A program made the position numbers and the translations under genes. The notes under the pieces were generated by a model. That model was not told where the DNA came from. It did not search any database and saw nothing but the letters and a program-made list of their open reading frames with translations. A stretch of 64,000 bases of DNA from Eledone cirrhosa (taxonomy: Eukaryota). The DNA lies in the NCBI GenBank assembly GCA_964016885.1, contig OZ024750.1:25916001-25980000 (forward strand), written 5' to 3'. Positions 12,202 through 25,356 of the stretch are shown here, piece after piece. The first letter of the stretch is position 1; each line of letters starts with the position of its first letter.

Positions 12202-12600
12202 GTAAGATAATAACTGATTTGTTATTTTATTCACATATTGAATACTTTGATTTCTTGTCTCTCCTCAAATATTTTTCTCATTTTCATTAATACTGTCATG
12301 CTGTCACCTGATCCTCCAACCTAACAGTATTGTTATACTTTGGGAGGGTCATGTTGCCAATAAGAAACACAGGCACCACTGTTTCATTCCAATTTATTAT
12401 AAAATAAATTTATAAATTTAAGAATTTATAAATTTTGGTTGATTGGTTGGTTTTACAACCGGACGGTTGCTCATATATTGTCAAAGTTCTTTCGTCATAC
12501 ATTCTGTGACACTTCAGTGACTGGGGATTCTTTTCTTTGTTTTATGCCTCTCCTATATATATATGTCTCTTACTCCACTATATATATATATATATATATC

Positions 12601-12659
<59 letters not shown>

Positions 12660-14059
12660 ACATGTGTATATGTCATCATTATCATCATCATTTCACGTCC
12701 GCTTTCATCTGGAAGCAAGTTTTGCGTGAGTTACATAGAACAAATTAGTACTGAAGCGTGTCTTCTGACCAATCAGTCAGGCCAAGGTCACATAGAGTCG
12801 TTTTTGACACAAACTGAAGGGTCCTACTCACCCTTTGTTTAGTAAGCTTTCTACGGCCGTATCCCTTTCTTACTACCAACTGCTTTGCAACCTGTACTGA
12901 TTGCTTTTATTGTGTAGATCAGCAGGGCTAAGGAGGTTGTGTTTTTAAACAACTAAAGGTTTATCTAAATTCTTTTATGCATGGGATCTACAGCGGGTGA
13001 ACTTCCACTCACCAACCACTCTGGAGAGGTTGACTATAAATCAAACTATAAATCAAACTGCAGAACCCTTCAAATCTGGAGAAGGGACAATAAGGGAGGG
13101 AGATAAGTATGAAGTTATAGGTATGTGTCGGGGTTTGTTTGGCAAGCCAATGAGTAAGGGGTAGCAGTTACTGATTAGTGTATGGGGTGTATTGGTGTGA
13201 GGGATGTGGTCAACATGGTGGAGGTTGTGGCGTGATGGAGAGATAAGAAGCGGGTTTAGGGATGAGTAAGAGTTAGGGATAGCTGATTAGTGTATGGGGA
13301 GTGGGTCATGTAGTGAAGGATGTGGTCGATAGAGATTGGGGTCGTGTTAGAGAGATGGGTAAGGGATAGTGAGGGATAAGGTTTGCTAATAGTGGTGGAG
13401 TGAACAATGGGGAGAGAAAGCAGCTACTATTGGCAAATGGTGAGGATATCTAAGGTGTCTAGTGTTTGAGTGGGTCTCGAGTGTATATGTGTAGTGGATG
13501 CCGCATTGGGGAGAACAGATGGGGAAAGGAATCATAGGAGGGAGGGTGTACTTCATGGATGGGTCAGGTCATATTTTATGATTCTGGGCGGGTCTTCATT
13601 AACACAGGAGAGCGCCAGCCACATCTGCCACATCTCTTGTGAGTCCATTGATTTCACTCTGTGCATCTTATAGAACCCCTGCCCACCCTTTTCTGGCATA
13701 TCGAACACAGCCATCTCCTTGATTGTATCCCCTTCTTGTCCTCTTTCGTGTTTTGTCCTTTACCATCCTACGGATTCAGTTGAGGTACTCAGTACTGTTT
13801 TGAAATACTCAGTGAAGAACAGTGAAGAACAGTGATAAATAGGAGTGGAATAAGGACTGAGCTCTGGTGGAAATCGAACTGCACTTCATCACTCTACTGG
13901 CATCCAGCTTTTAACAAGTCATTCATCTACATGAAAGGTTCTCAACCCATTTCGGCCAAACGTCCCTTTTGCCCCTCGAAATCACGAAACGCCCCCCTAC
14001 CCTATTTTTCCATTTGTCAATATACTACTGATTTTGATATCAGTAGATTTGTGCCAAAT

Positions 14060-14498
14060 CAAGTTATGTTAGAATCTTTAAAATATACTCGTACGAATTA
14101 GGTACAAAAAGTTTCAGTCCAAAACAAAAGCAAACTATTTCAAATTATATATTTTAGAAAAATAGACGTGAATGTTCTCAAAGATTTGATCTCAGTCGAA
14201 AAAGCTTCTTTTTTTAAAATTCTATATTTCACTGTTAGCTGTTGTAATACTTTCAGTGGATAGACAATTCTACAATTCAAACTGTAAAGTCAAAATACAA
14301 AAGATGCAAATCATGAAGAATTTCTTACCTTTCTCTGAAATCACAAACTCAGGGGCAAAATAGACCTTGCAAAATAAAATACCTCGTAGCAAAATAAAAT
14401 AATTAGTAACAACGAATGAATTGAGAAGCTTGGTGACAGTGAGAAAGAAATATCTGTATTCCTTATATATAAATACATAGATAGATACACACATATAA

Positions 14499-14570
<72 letters not shown>
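14060..14570 (+). repeat. copy 2 of the duplicated block, continues at 16700-16920
   Basis: Aligns by eye with 60290-60780, e.g. ATGTTAGAATCTTT, TACTCGTACGAATTA and CTACAATTCAAACTGTAAAGTCAAAATAC. Confidence 0.8.
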
Positions 14571-14579
<9 letters not shown>

Positions 14580-15537
14580 ATGAAAAATTGAACAGGGACA
14601 GAACAGAGAGGCAGTACGACAAATGTTTATTAAATTCACGCTCAGGAGAGTGGGGGGTAGGTGAAGGACGACGTTTCGGGCATAAGCCCTTCTTCAGGTG
14701 AGAGTTCAAAAGGTGTGTAGGGGAGTGGTGGAGAGACATATAGCGAAAGGAAACGGTGCGAATGAAAAATTAAAAATTAACAAATAAAGACAAAAATATA
14801 ATAAATAATAAATAAAAATAAAGCATGATCAAAATACAAGGAATGAGAACATTTAAAAATAAAGGCATGATCAAAATAAACTGAAATTAAAAGGGGGGTA
14901 AACAGGTGGTGGAAGGGTGTGGGGTGAGTAGAGGTGGAGGCGGGTGGAGTGGGGAGAGGGAGACGGGGTGTCCGAGCGGGGAGGGCTGAAGGTGGTGTGT
15001 GTGGTTAGGTGTGCGTGTGTGTGTGTGTGTGTATGTGAAAGTGAGGGTTGGGGGAAGAACGGGGTTGCATGTTCAGGAAGGTGTGTATGGGGGGTGTTTT
15101 TGTGTGTCGGAGGGTCTGTGCGTGTGTGGATAGGGGGTGGGGGGAGAGGAATCAGGGGGCTGAGGGTGTAAATATGTGGTGGGAGGCACGTGTGTGTGGT
15201 TTAAGCGTGTTGTGGGTGTGGGTGGCGTGTGGATAAAAAAAATTTGTTTTGGGATGTGTGTGTGGGTGAGTTATATAGGTGATGGTGTTAGAGGATGGTT
15301 GAAAGTGGTAAGTTACACGGATGTATGGAGATTTTGGTTGGAAGTCAAAACGCGTGTGGGTAATCCAAGAAGCGGTCGTCGGAAGAGGAGAGATGTGGGG
15401 TGCGCGCGCAACAGGAAGTGGTCAGCAGTGGAAGTGCTGTGGTCAGTTGGTGCTGAGACAGTGGTCGGAAGGGCATAGCAGCAGTCAGCGGAATGGTAGG
15501 GAGGCGAGGATGGGTAGGTGTGAGAGTTGGAGTGAGG

Positions 15538-15592
<55 letters not shown>

Positions 15593-16697
15593 TAGTAGGG
15601 GTGTTAGTGGGATGAGTGAGTGTGGAGTGGGGAGAGAAGGGTGTGTGTGGTTCTATGGAGGGAGTGTGGTGTACTGGTGTGTGTGTAGTTTGGTGAGGAG
15701 GTGTTAGTGGGTGTTAGTAGACGGGAGGTGGGGAGGGGTGGAATGCAGGTGTGAGTGGGGGTTAGTGGGGGTAGGGTGTGTAGAGTTGGTGGTGTACGAG
15801 GGTGTGTGGGTACGTGTGCGTGGGGTTGGAGGGTGTTAGTGATGTTAGTTGCGTGTGGGGTGGGTGGTGTAAGTGTGTGCGTGTGATAAGGAGGGGGGAG
15901 GAGGAGAAGAGGGGAGGGAAGGGATGTTAGTATGTTAGTTGGGGAAGGGTGGTCAGATGAGGGGTGGAGTGGAGGTGTTAGTATTGTTAGTGTGTATTGG
16001 GCGGTGAAAAGGAGGGGTGTGTTAGTGGTGTTAGTGGGGGATAGGTGGGGGAGGGGGGCGGTCGAACGCTAAAGGAATAAGGGTGGGGAGTTCAGGCCGG
16101 GGGGAGTGTGGGTCTGTAAGATGAAGATAGTACGTTGTTCGACCGTGAGGCGATGGGCGGGTGTTCCGTGGCACTGGAGTAGGCCACAGACTGTGAGATG
16201 GTGTGCGGAGTGTCCAGGGCCACCAAAGTGGCGGGCGATGGGGGAACTGCCCCCGAGACGAATGTCCCGGAGGTGCTCCGTGACTCGGTCCGCCAGGCGG
16301 CGTCCCGTCTGTCCGACATAAGTCGCGCTGCACCTCGTGCAACGAAGTCCGTAGACTAGGTTGGAGGAGGTGCAGCGGAAGGCATGCCGGACCGAGAGAG
16401 GGTGGCCGTTGGGACCCTGGAAGGTGGTGGTGTTGGTGATGTGGGGACAGGTGTTGCAGCGGGGCCTAGAACAGGGGAAGGAACCGGGGGGGGGGGGAAA
16501 CGGAGCGTGGGTTGGGGGGTAGGGAGCTGTGGACGAGGAGGGTGCGGAGATTGCGTGCGCGTTTGAAGGAGGGGAGTGGTGGGGTTGGGAAGATGTGGGA
16601 GGTGGAGGGGTCGGACTGGAGGTGTCGGAAGAGGCGGCGGATGGTGCGGTGGAGGGGTGGTAGGTGATGGGGAAGGGGAGACGGTGGGTGGGTGTGA
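14580..16697 (-). mobile_element. 5'-truncated Penelope-like element (Neptune-like): RT C-terminus, Cys linker, GIY-YIG endonuclease, long 3' UTR
   Basis: PITYHP, FKRARNLRTLLVHS, CSRPRCNTC, CTSSNLVYGLRCTRCSATYVGQTGRRLADRVTEH, PIARHF, RLTVEQ..I..L.T..P.GLN. One frameshift near 16650. Confidence 0.9.
14667..14700 (-). ncRNA. minimal hammerhead ribozyme at the PLE 3' end
   Basis: Minus strand: CAC-CTGAAGA-A-GGGC-TTAT-GCCC-GAAA-CG-TC^GT. Confidence 0.7.
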
Positions 16698-16912
16698 CAT
16701 ACACATACACAAACTTCTGCGTGTGTGTGCCTTGGTTTTGGTACAGAAAGAATTTGTCTCCAGTTTTTATTGCCACGCCAAACTCCACTACTCTTTTCAA
16801 CGACGCCAAATAACAAGGCCATATATATATATATATATATATATAAATGAAGAGAGAAAGAGGGAGGGACAGAGAGAGAAAGAAATGTGTGTGTGTCTGT
16901 GTTTCGTACACG

Positions 16913-16977
<65 letters not shown>

Positions 16978-17030
16978 TTATCTATCTATATATCTATCTA
17001 TCTATCTATCTATCTATATATCTCTTACGA

Positions 17031-18802
17031 TCCATCCGACAAGGGTGCCCTCTCTCCTCCCTTCTGTATGTGTTGACTCTCGAGCCACTACTGCGGAAGT
17101 TGGAGTTGTTGCAGGGCATCCCTTTGGAACCGGGATTGCGGAAAGCGGTGTCAGCCTACGCCGATGATGTGACAGTAATGGTGTCGACGGCCTCCGAAAT
17201 CGAGGCGGTCGGCACCTTACTGGAGGAGTACGAAAAGTTCACAGGGGCTAAGCTGAACCGGGACAAGTCGATCGGTTTGCAACTCGGCACGTGGAGGGGC
17301 AGACCGATGCCCTCCGATGGCGTCGTCGGACGCTGGACGGAGGGCCCGGTGAAGTTGCTCGGGGTCTGGTTCGGACCGGACCTCCAGGTGGAGAAAAACT
17401 GGGCGGAGGTTACGAACAGGGTGTTTGCGCTGACCCAGAAGTGGGCCAGTTGCAAACTATCCCTGAAAGGTCGGGCGGAGGTGGCGAACACTTATATAGC
17501 GTCCGTCATCTACTACCGCCTGACCGTAGTGCCCTGCCCAAGGGAAACCCTCACCAAGATGGAGCGCGCGCTCTTCCAATTCCTTTGGAAGAGGCGGGCT
17601 CCTATGGTGAGGAGATCCATCTGCTGTCAACACCCTTCGAAAGGAGGGCTGGGGATGCCGTGGCTAATGATGCGTAAACACGCATTAAGGCTACGGCACC
17701 TCTACGTATTCCTCACCGGACAACCGGTGTGGGCCTCGTTTGTGAGACGAACCTTTCCCAGACTCGTCTCACTCACCGAGCTGCAATCCTGGGTCAAGCA
17801 AAGACCGAGAAAACTGGGCGCCTGGCACACTGAGTGTGCCCAGGCGCTCACCGCCCTCTGGCAGGCGGATCCGGTTATCAGTGGAGACTCCACCGCAACA
17901 TTCTATAGAGGGCTGGTACGCAGCAGGTGCGACGACGCCCTAGGAGAAGCCCTAGACATGGAGGAGGACGAACTGGCCAGCCTGTTCGGTAGGACATTCA
18001 GCCCGGGACCTATGGACAACTTCCAGAAGTCCCTGGCCTGGCAGTGCTACCGAGGGGCTTTACCCGTTCGAGAAAGGCTCTACAGACACGGGCGCCCGGG
18101 TAGGGACCCCGCCAAAAAGATCTGTCCCAGATGCGTGTGCGACGAGGAAACCGTTGCACACGCATTGGTACACTGCTCGGGCGTAGCCGATCTGTGGGGC
18201 TATGTCGAACAACTGCTGTCAAGGGTGGGACCGATCCGGTTGACCACCGAGTCTATTGTAATGATCAAGCCGCCTCCCCCCTTCAAAGATGAAGCAGAGG
18301 CGGTGTTTCTGTGCGTAATAGCCATGGCGAAAGAGGTTGTATGGTGGACGCGTCTGAAAGGACTGAGGTCAGGCACCTTTCTCTCTGGCCAACAACTGGT
18401 CCGTTTCTTCCGATATCATTTCGGAAGAAGGATCAGGATGGAGAGAGAGGTGCTGCACCCCAGTCGTTTTTATGAAAGGTGGGTGAAAGTGGCGAGAATG
18501 GCCCGTGTGAATGGGCCTTCTCTTTACATAAGCCTGTAGGTGGAAAAGAGGAAGGAACGAGGGAGCACCCCCTCTCTGTGCTCCTGAGGAAAAGGGTTGC
18601 ACACTTTTTTCGGGGGTGTGTGCGACCCCCCAAGGCGCCTCCTCTCTATTGAGGATTTTGTTAAAAATTTTATTTTTTGTTATATCTTATTTTATTTTTA
18701 TATTTTGTTATTGCCTCCTCCTTATTGAGGACGCCTTTTTGTGTAAACTCCCCCCTTTGTACTTGTCCCACTTTTGATGCCCTAGTGGCAAATAAAAGAA
18801 AC
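17031..18802 (+). mobile_element. 5'-truncated Tx1/L1-clade LINE (RT C-half to 3' UTR), open frame
   Basis: SIRQGCPLS, AYADD, GGLG, CPRC..DEETVAHALVHC. Ends AATAAAAGAAAC. Flanked by TATCTCTTACGA(T) at 17019-17031 and 18804-18816. Confidence 0.92.
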
Positions 18803-18808
18803 TTATCT

Positions 18809-21800
18809 CTTACGATGGACACATGTGCTGAGCTCGCTCGGTAAGTTTCGTTTAAATTTATCTGGAAATTGTGAACTGTAAACTTTCATTTTCGTACCAT
18901 TTTGTAGAGGGACTGCCAGGTCAAATTTTGATCTGGTCAGTCTCTCAAAATATTCTACGGCTTTAGGCGAAATAGTGTTGTAAACATTTTATCTTTCTAA
19001 AAATTTCTAAAAATCCTATTTTGAGAAAAATGGCTGAAGCATCTTCACCAACAATCAAAGAAAGAAAAGGGAAGTCATACTCACAGCTTCCCCCTGCCAC
19101 TGTCACAGCAGCAGATGCCAAAGGCAGAGGTCAGCCAGAGGAAGAATTTTCTTCACCTGTTGACCGACAACTTGATGTAGCCACAACTATACAAGAAACT
19201 GAAAACAACAACAACGACAACAACAGCAACAATAAAGACAACAAAAACAACAACAACACAAACGTCACATATGTAGTAAACACTTCCTTTCGTAAAGAAA
19301 GGGAATTTCACACAACAAAAAATGAAAATAACAGCCCACAACAGACACCAAAAAATACAGAAAATGAAAAAATTGAAAACACATCCAACAATACCAATCA
19401 AAAGGAAAAAAATGTCAACACAAACACCAAAGAAAATACAAACAACAGTGACAACAACAGCAAAATTTCTTTTGCTGATACCGTAAAAAAACCCGGAAAT
19501 ATTTCAACTTTTGGATTTAACCAACGCGAAACAAAAGTTGGAAGATGCTAAACAATATGTGACTTTTGGACCCAATGGGTCATTTAGCATAAATTCACCA
19601 CAAGAACTAAGGAGAGAAAATGCCCTGAACACGGTGGTTTTCAGGACAATCTCAAATGCATAAAAAAACCCAGCTCAACTATCTCAGAGTGAGATTGAGC
19701 TAGTATTAAGGAACCACATGGATAACATTTTATTTATTCAGAAAGCCAAACTTTTCGGCAGCATCTTGGTGCTAATGAAAAACAACATAACAGCACAAAA
19801 ATATTCCATCGCGCCCATTGTGTCCACCCATTTTACATTTTTCCCTACATACATGGGAAAAAGAACGCAAAAAATAAAAATTACATGTATAAGACCCAAA
19901 GTAGATATTTGGTGGATACTTTATGGCCTAATTGACCTTGAACAAGACACTTTGATCTCAGTAGGAAAATCCTCCAGAGATATATTTAGTGGGACTAGCA
20001 TCGAAATTCTGGTGCAGATGAGCCCAGAACGTATAATGAAAATCCCACAGAGAGTACCTCTGGATGGACAGACCTACATAAACATTTCGGTTGAGGTTAG
20101 GCGGTCCGTATGTTACCACTACGCAAGCAGAGATCACCTAAGGGCTGCCTGTCCTCAATTGACAAAAAAACCCCCACTTTTACCAACACCACAAATAACA
20201 ACGCAACCACTACCACCACCACCACGACAACAAGAAAAAACAACAGAGAACAATATTCCACCCAACTCCTCCCCACCCAAAACAAATACAAAAACACATA
20301 CAGACACTGTAGAACCCCAAAACATACCCCTACCCATCAACACGGATGAGGAACCCCTATCGACGGCACCCAGCGGCGATGAGGAGGAACCCTTCCAACC
20401 CGTGAAAAGAATAAAAAGAAAGAACCGCATGAACAAAAACGAAACAAACACACAAACACCAGCACAAACAGCACAAAAATCACAAACAAAAGTTCCCCCT
20501 CCCGAAAACAAAACACCCACAACAAAGAGAAAACACGTGCAGGAACCACAGACAAAAACAAACACAACACAGGAAAAGTACACATACACTTACATAAACG
20601 AAGAAAATAGAACACTGATGGAGACCATCAGAAACAACCATTTGGTCAAAACCGAAGGGAAAACTTTGGATAGCTCCAACAAAAACAAAAAAATGAACCT
20701 AAAACTGATCAGGGTCCCTATAGGAACTTATAGATCCCTAAAGGAAACATTTGTAGAGGACGTGGGGAATTCCTGCGTGAAACCAATCAACCGCGTCCTC
20801 TACAAAGGCTTCCCCACCACAGGCACCCCCACCCAAGTCATCCTCACCCCACCAGACACCCCTACTCCACCAAACACCTCCGTCCCCACCCCGCCAGAAA
20901 CCACCACCCCATCCAACAACCCATCCCCCATCCTCATGGAAATTGTGCAGCCCGATACCCGGGACGCAGAGAGGTAAGTGCCTTTTCTCTTCACCACCAA
21001 CATGGCTATGCTAAGAGTAGGCTGTTTAAATGCGCGTGGCCTGGGCTCAACTTGGAAGCAAGCAATGCTTCTAAATGACCTCAGGTCACAACGTATAGAT
21101 GTGATGGTTATTTGCGAGGCCCGGATCAGCAACGTGCGACAGCTGGCCCCCACCTTTGATGACTTTGAGATGCACGCATCTCTCTGTCAGCCCGGAGGTG
21201 GGGGTGGGGTTGTCGTTCTGCTGCAAAAACATCTGGGTCTCGCAACACAGATGGTACATTTGGACCCGGAGAGTCGACTAGTGGTTCTGGACCTTGGCAG
21301 TGGTGAAGGCGGAGCGTTTAGGTTGGTAGCCGCCTGCGGCCCTTTCGGGTCAATGCGGCCGGACTTCTTCCATCGTCTGGAGACTTTTCTAGGGACGTCC
21401 CGCTCCTTGCTATTAGTGGGGGACTGGAATGGTATCCTAGATGCACGCTGGGACTACGTAGGGGCCTGTCCCGATAGAGAGGGGTGCAATAGCCTCAAAG
21501 GGTTAATCGGTCGATTTGACCTGGCCGATAGATATCGACTAGATTTTCCGACTGCGCCAACCTGGACTTGGGCAAATGGTAGCGAATCATCTAGGTCGTA
21601 CCTAGATAGGTTCTTAGTTAGAATTAAGGATAAGGACTTTTTAAGTTGTCCAAAAATGCGCATGGTTGGCTATTCAGACCACAAGTTAGTAACATGCATG
21701 AACTCATAGACAGGGACCCGGTTACTGGAAGCTCAACTTGTCCTTACCGGCAAGTAAGGCTTACAGGAACCGGATTAGCACTTTAGTTAAGGAGCGGTTG

Positions 21801-24672
21801 ACGGGCGCCATCGTCAACAGCAGGTGGTGGGGATCTCTCAAAAGAGAGATTAGAGTAGTCTCTATAGAATTTAGTAAGGAGTTAGCCTCTAATAGAAACA
21901 GGAAGGAAGGGGAGTTGGTAGATAGTGTAGAAGAGGCAATTAGAAGCGGCGACGTGGCCAGAGTGCTAGCGTCGAGAACGGCCCTGGGCCAGTTCTTCGA
22001 CGCGAAACACAAAGGCTGCATCGTCCGAAGCAAAATACGTGCTCTGGGAAACGAGGGGACCAAAGCTGTTAGCTGGGCCCGCGTGACAGAAGCCAAAAGA
22101 GGGAGCAGATCCACTATCCGGTCTTTGCGAGACCAGGATGGACGGGTGATCCTTGAACCTAAGCAGATGTGCGAGGCTTTTCAAAAGCACTTTGCCGGAT
22201 TGTTCGGAAGGGGCGGGGGCCGGTTGGGGATGTGGACTTCGGTCCATACCTCGACGGCCTGCCGCGTCTCTCGGACAGGGAGGCGAAGTCCTGCGAGGAG
22301 CCGATTTCAGCCGCTGAGATAGAGGACGTGCTGAGCCAATGCGGCAAACGCAAATACCCGGGTCTCGATGGTCTTCCATACGAACTATATCTAGCTATGC
22401 CGGACTTGTTCCCCGATCTCCTCGAGGCGGTCTACTGCAACTGGCAACAGAACGGGAGAATTCCCTGTGCTGTGACCAAGGGCGTAGTCACGCCAGTGAG
22501 GAAGGAAGAGAACAAGGGGGACGATATAAATAATTTCAGGCCCATAACTCTGCTAAATACAGAGTTACATATTTTGGCCAAGGTGCTAGCAAAGAGGTTG
22601 GCGCTTGTCGTGGGCAACCTGGTGGGAGATGCACAGACATGTGCTATCCCATCCGGGTCCATCAACGACAACCTCCACCTCATGCGATACATCATAGAGA
22701 GGGTTGGGAACGAACCCGGCTTGGGTGGGGCCCTGATCAACTTGGATCAATCTAAGGCATTCGATAGGTCGACCATGGTTACCTGGATGCGGTGCTAGCG
22801 GCGGCAGGCTTCGGACCCGTTTTCAGGGGCTGGATCAATACCATGCACAGCATCCGCATCTGCTCATGGGTCAAGGTGAACGGCTACCTCTCGGAGCCGT
22901 TCGAAATCGCGCTGTCCATCCGACAGGGGTGCCCTCTCTCCTCCCTTCTGTATGTAATGACTCTAGAGCCACTGCTGCGGAAGTTGGAGTTGTTGCAGGG
23001 CATCCCGTTGGAACCGGGATTGCGGAAAGCGGTGTCAGCCTACGCCGATGACGTAACAGTAGTGGTGTCGACGGCCTCGCAAATCGGGGCGATTGGCACC
23101 TTACTGGAGGAGTACGAAAGGTTTACAGGGGCTAAGCTGAACCGGGACAAATCGATCGGTCTGCAACTCGGCACATGGAGGGGCAGATCGATGCCCTCCG
23201 ATGGCGTCGTCGGGCGCTGGACGGAGGGCCCGGTGAAGTTGCTCGGGGTCTGGTTCGGACCAGACCTCCAGGTGGAGAAGAACTGGGGTGAGGTAACGAA
23301 CAGGGTGTTTGCACTGACCCAGAAGTGGGCCGAGTGCAAATTGTCCCTGAAAGGTCGGGCGGAGGTGGCGAACACTTATATAGCGTCCGTCATCTACTTC
23401 CGCCTGACCGTTGTGCCTTGCCCAAAGGAAACGCTCGCCAAAATGGAGCGCGCACTCTTCCAATTCCTTTGGAAGAAGCGGGCTCCTATGGTGAGGAGAT
23501 CCATCTGCTGTCAACACCCTTCGAAAGGAGGGCTGGGGATGCCGTGGCTAATGATACGTAAACACGCATTAAGGCTACGGCACCTTCAGGTATTCCTCTC
23601 CGGTCAACCGGTGTGGGCCCCGTTTGTGAGGCGAGCCTTTCCCAGGCTCGTCTCACTCACCGAGCTGCAATCCTGGGTCAAGCAAAGACCGAGAAAACTG
23701 GGCGCCTGGCACACCGAGTGTGCCCAGGCGCTCACGGCTCTCTGGCAGGCGGACCCGGCTGTCAGTGGTGAATCCACCTCGTCATTCTATAGAGTGCTGG
23801 TGGTTAGCAGGTGCGACGACGCCCTCGGAGAAGCCCTAGGCATGGAGGAAGACGAACTGGCAAACCTGTTCGGAAGGACATTCAGCCCGGGACCCATGGA
23901 TAACTTCCAGAGGTCCCTGGCCTGGCAATGCTACAGAAGGGCTCTGCCCGTTCGAGAAAGGCTCTACAGACACGGGCGCCCGGATAGGGACCCCTCGAAA
24001 AAGATCTGTCCCAGATGCGTGTGCGACGAGGAAACCGTTGCACACGCATTGGTACACTGCTCGAGCATTGCCGATCTGTGGGGCTATGTCGAACAACTGC
24101 TGTCAAGGGTGGGACCGATCCGGTTGACCACCGAGTCTATTGTAACGATCAAGCCGCCTCCCCTCTTCAAAAACGAAGGAGAGGCGGTGTTTCTGTGCGT
24201 AATAGCCATGGCGAAAGAGGTTGTATGGTGGACGCGTCTGAAAGGATTGAGGTCAGACACCTTTCTCTCTGGCCAACAACTGGTCCGTTTCTTCCGATAT
24301 CATTTCGGAAGAAGGATCAGGATGGAGAGAGAGGTGCTGCACCACATCCGTTTTTATGAAAGATGGGTGAAAGTGGCGAGAATGGGCCTTCACTCTACAT
24401 CAGACTATAGGTGAGGAAGATGAAAGACCAAGGGAGCACCACTTCTCTGTGCGCCTGAGGAAAAGGGTTGCACACTTTTTTTCGGGGGTGTGTGCGACCC
24501 CCAAGGCGCCTCCTCTCTATTGAGGACTTTGTTATAAATTCTATTTTTGTTATATTTTATTTTATTTTTATATATTGTTATTGCCTCCTCCTTATTGAGG
24601 ACGCCTTGTTTTGTAAACTCCCCCCATTGTACTTGTCCCACTTTTGATGCCCTGGTGGCAAATAAAAGAAAC
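18809..24672 (+). mobile_element. near full-length Tx1/L1-clade LINE with ORF1 and APE-RT ORF2, disabled
   Basis: ORF1 ~19030-20977 has a degenerate Zn knuckle CYHYASRDHLRAAC and internal stops. ORF2 from 21002: LNARGL, ICEA, VGDWN, YLDRFL, SDHK, KYPGLDG, NFRPITLLN, LDQSKAFD, QGCPLS, YADD. Frameshifts near 21710, 22220 and 22780. Followed by (TATC)n. Confidence 0.92.
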
Positions 24673-24699
24673 ATTATCTATCTATCTATCTATCTATCT

Positions 24700-25017
24700 A
24701 GAATTTACTAAAAGGTGGGTGAATGAAGTGAAAATGACCCGAGTGATTGGGCCTTCTCTGTTTATAAGCCTATAGGTTAAAGAAGAGAACAAAAGGAAGA
24801 AAGGAGCACTTGCACAACACGCTCCTGGAGTAGAGGGTAGTTCTATCGACGGGGTATTTAACAACCTATTTGTGGCGTCTCCCCCCTATTGGGGATTTCG
24901 TTTGTTGTAATTATTTGTTTTATATTTTTTACACGACTGTATGTAAAATCCCCTGTATGTCTTTATATTGTCCCCTTTTCTTGTGCGCCCATGTGGCTAA
25001 TAAAGAAACCTATCTAT

Positions 25018-25048
<31 letters not shown>

Positions 25049-25122
25049 GAATTTACTGAAAGGTGGGTGAATGAAGCGAAAATGGCCCGAGTGATTGGGC
25101 CTTCTCTGTTTATAAGCCTGTA
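24700..25122 (+). mobile_element. two short 3'-end fragments of a related Tx1 subfamily separated by (TATC)n
   Basis: Both start CTAGAATTTACT.AAAGGTGGGTGAA, homologous to the FYERWVK end of ORF2. The first ends AATAAAGAAAC followed by (TATC)n. Confidence 0.8.
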
Positions 25123-25325
25123 GGAAACATATGTTTCGCCCAATGGGGTGCATATGCCCCGTTGAGAACCTTTGATCTATATCTAGCTTCCTAAGTGTCC
25201 AACATACTACGGAGAATGGGACACTGTCAAAGGGTTCTCCCTGTCTACAAAATCTAGATATGGCTTACACTTCGCTAAGTACCTCTCAAGCAGTCGTCGC
25301 ACTATAAAGGGGGAATCAATGGCAC

Positions 25326-25326
<1 letters not shown>

Positions 25327-25356
<30 letters not shown>

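Noticed and set aside
12670-13930. Possible SINE tail and LINE remnants in intron 1
   Set aside because: Too decayed to assign a family or boundaries by eye.
14890-16060. G/T-rich tract suggesting telomeric or G-quadruplex array
   Set aside because: No fixed repeat unit. It is the low-complexity 3' UTR of the minus-strand PLE.
16069-16911. 280-aa ORF as a stand-alone GIY-YIG nuclease gene
   Set aside because: The N-terminus is flanking repeat plus an out-of-frame PLE segment. It is a frameshifted PLE fragment.
16887-17030. N-terminal extension making a 550-aa ORF
   Set aside because: Read-through of the (TATC)n tract into a 5'-truncated Tx1 RT.
25125-25180. CATATGTTTCGCC match to the 28925-family hammerhead, next to a hAT-like end
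   Set aside because: Too short, no core and no matching second terminus found.
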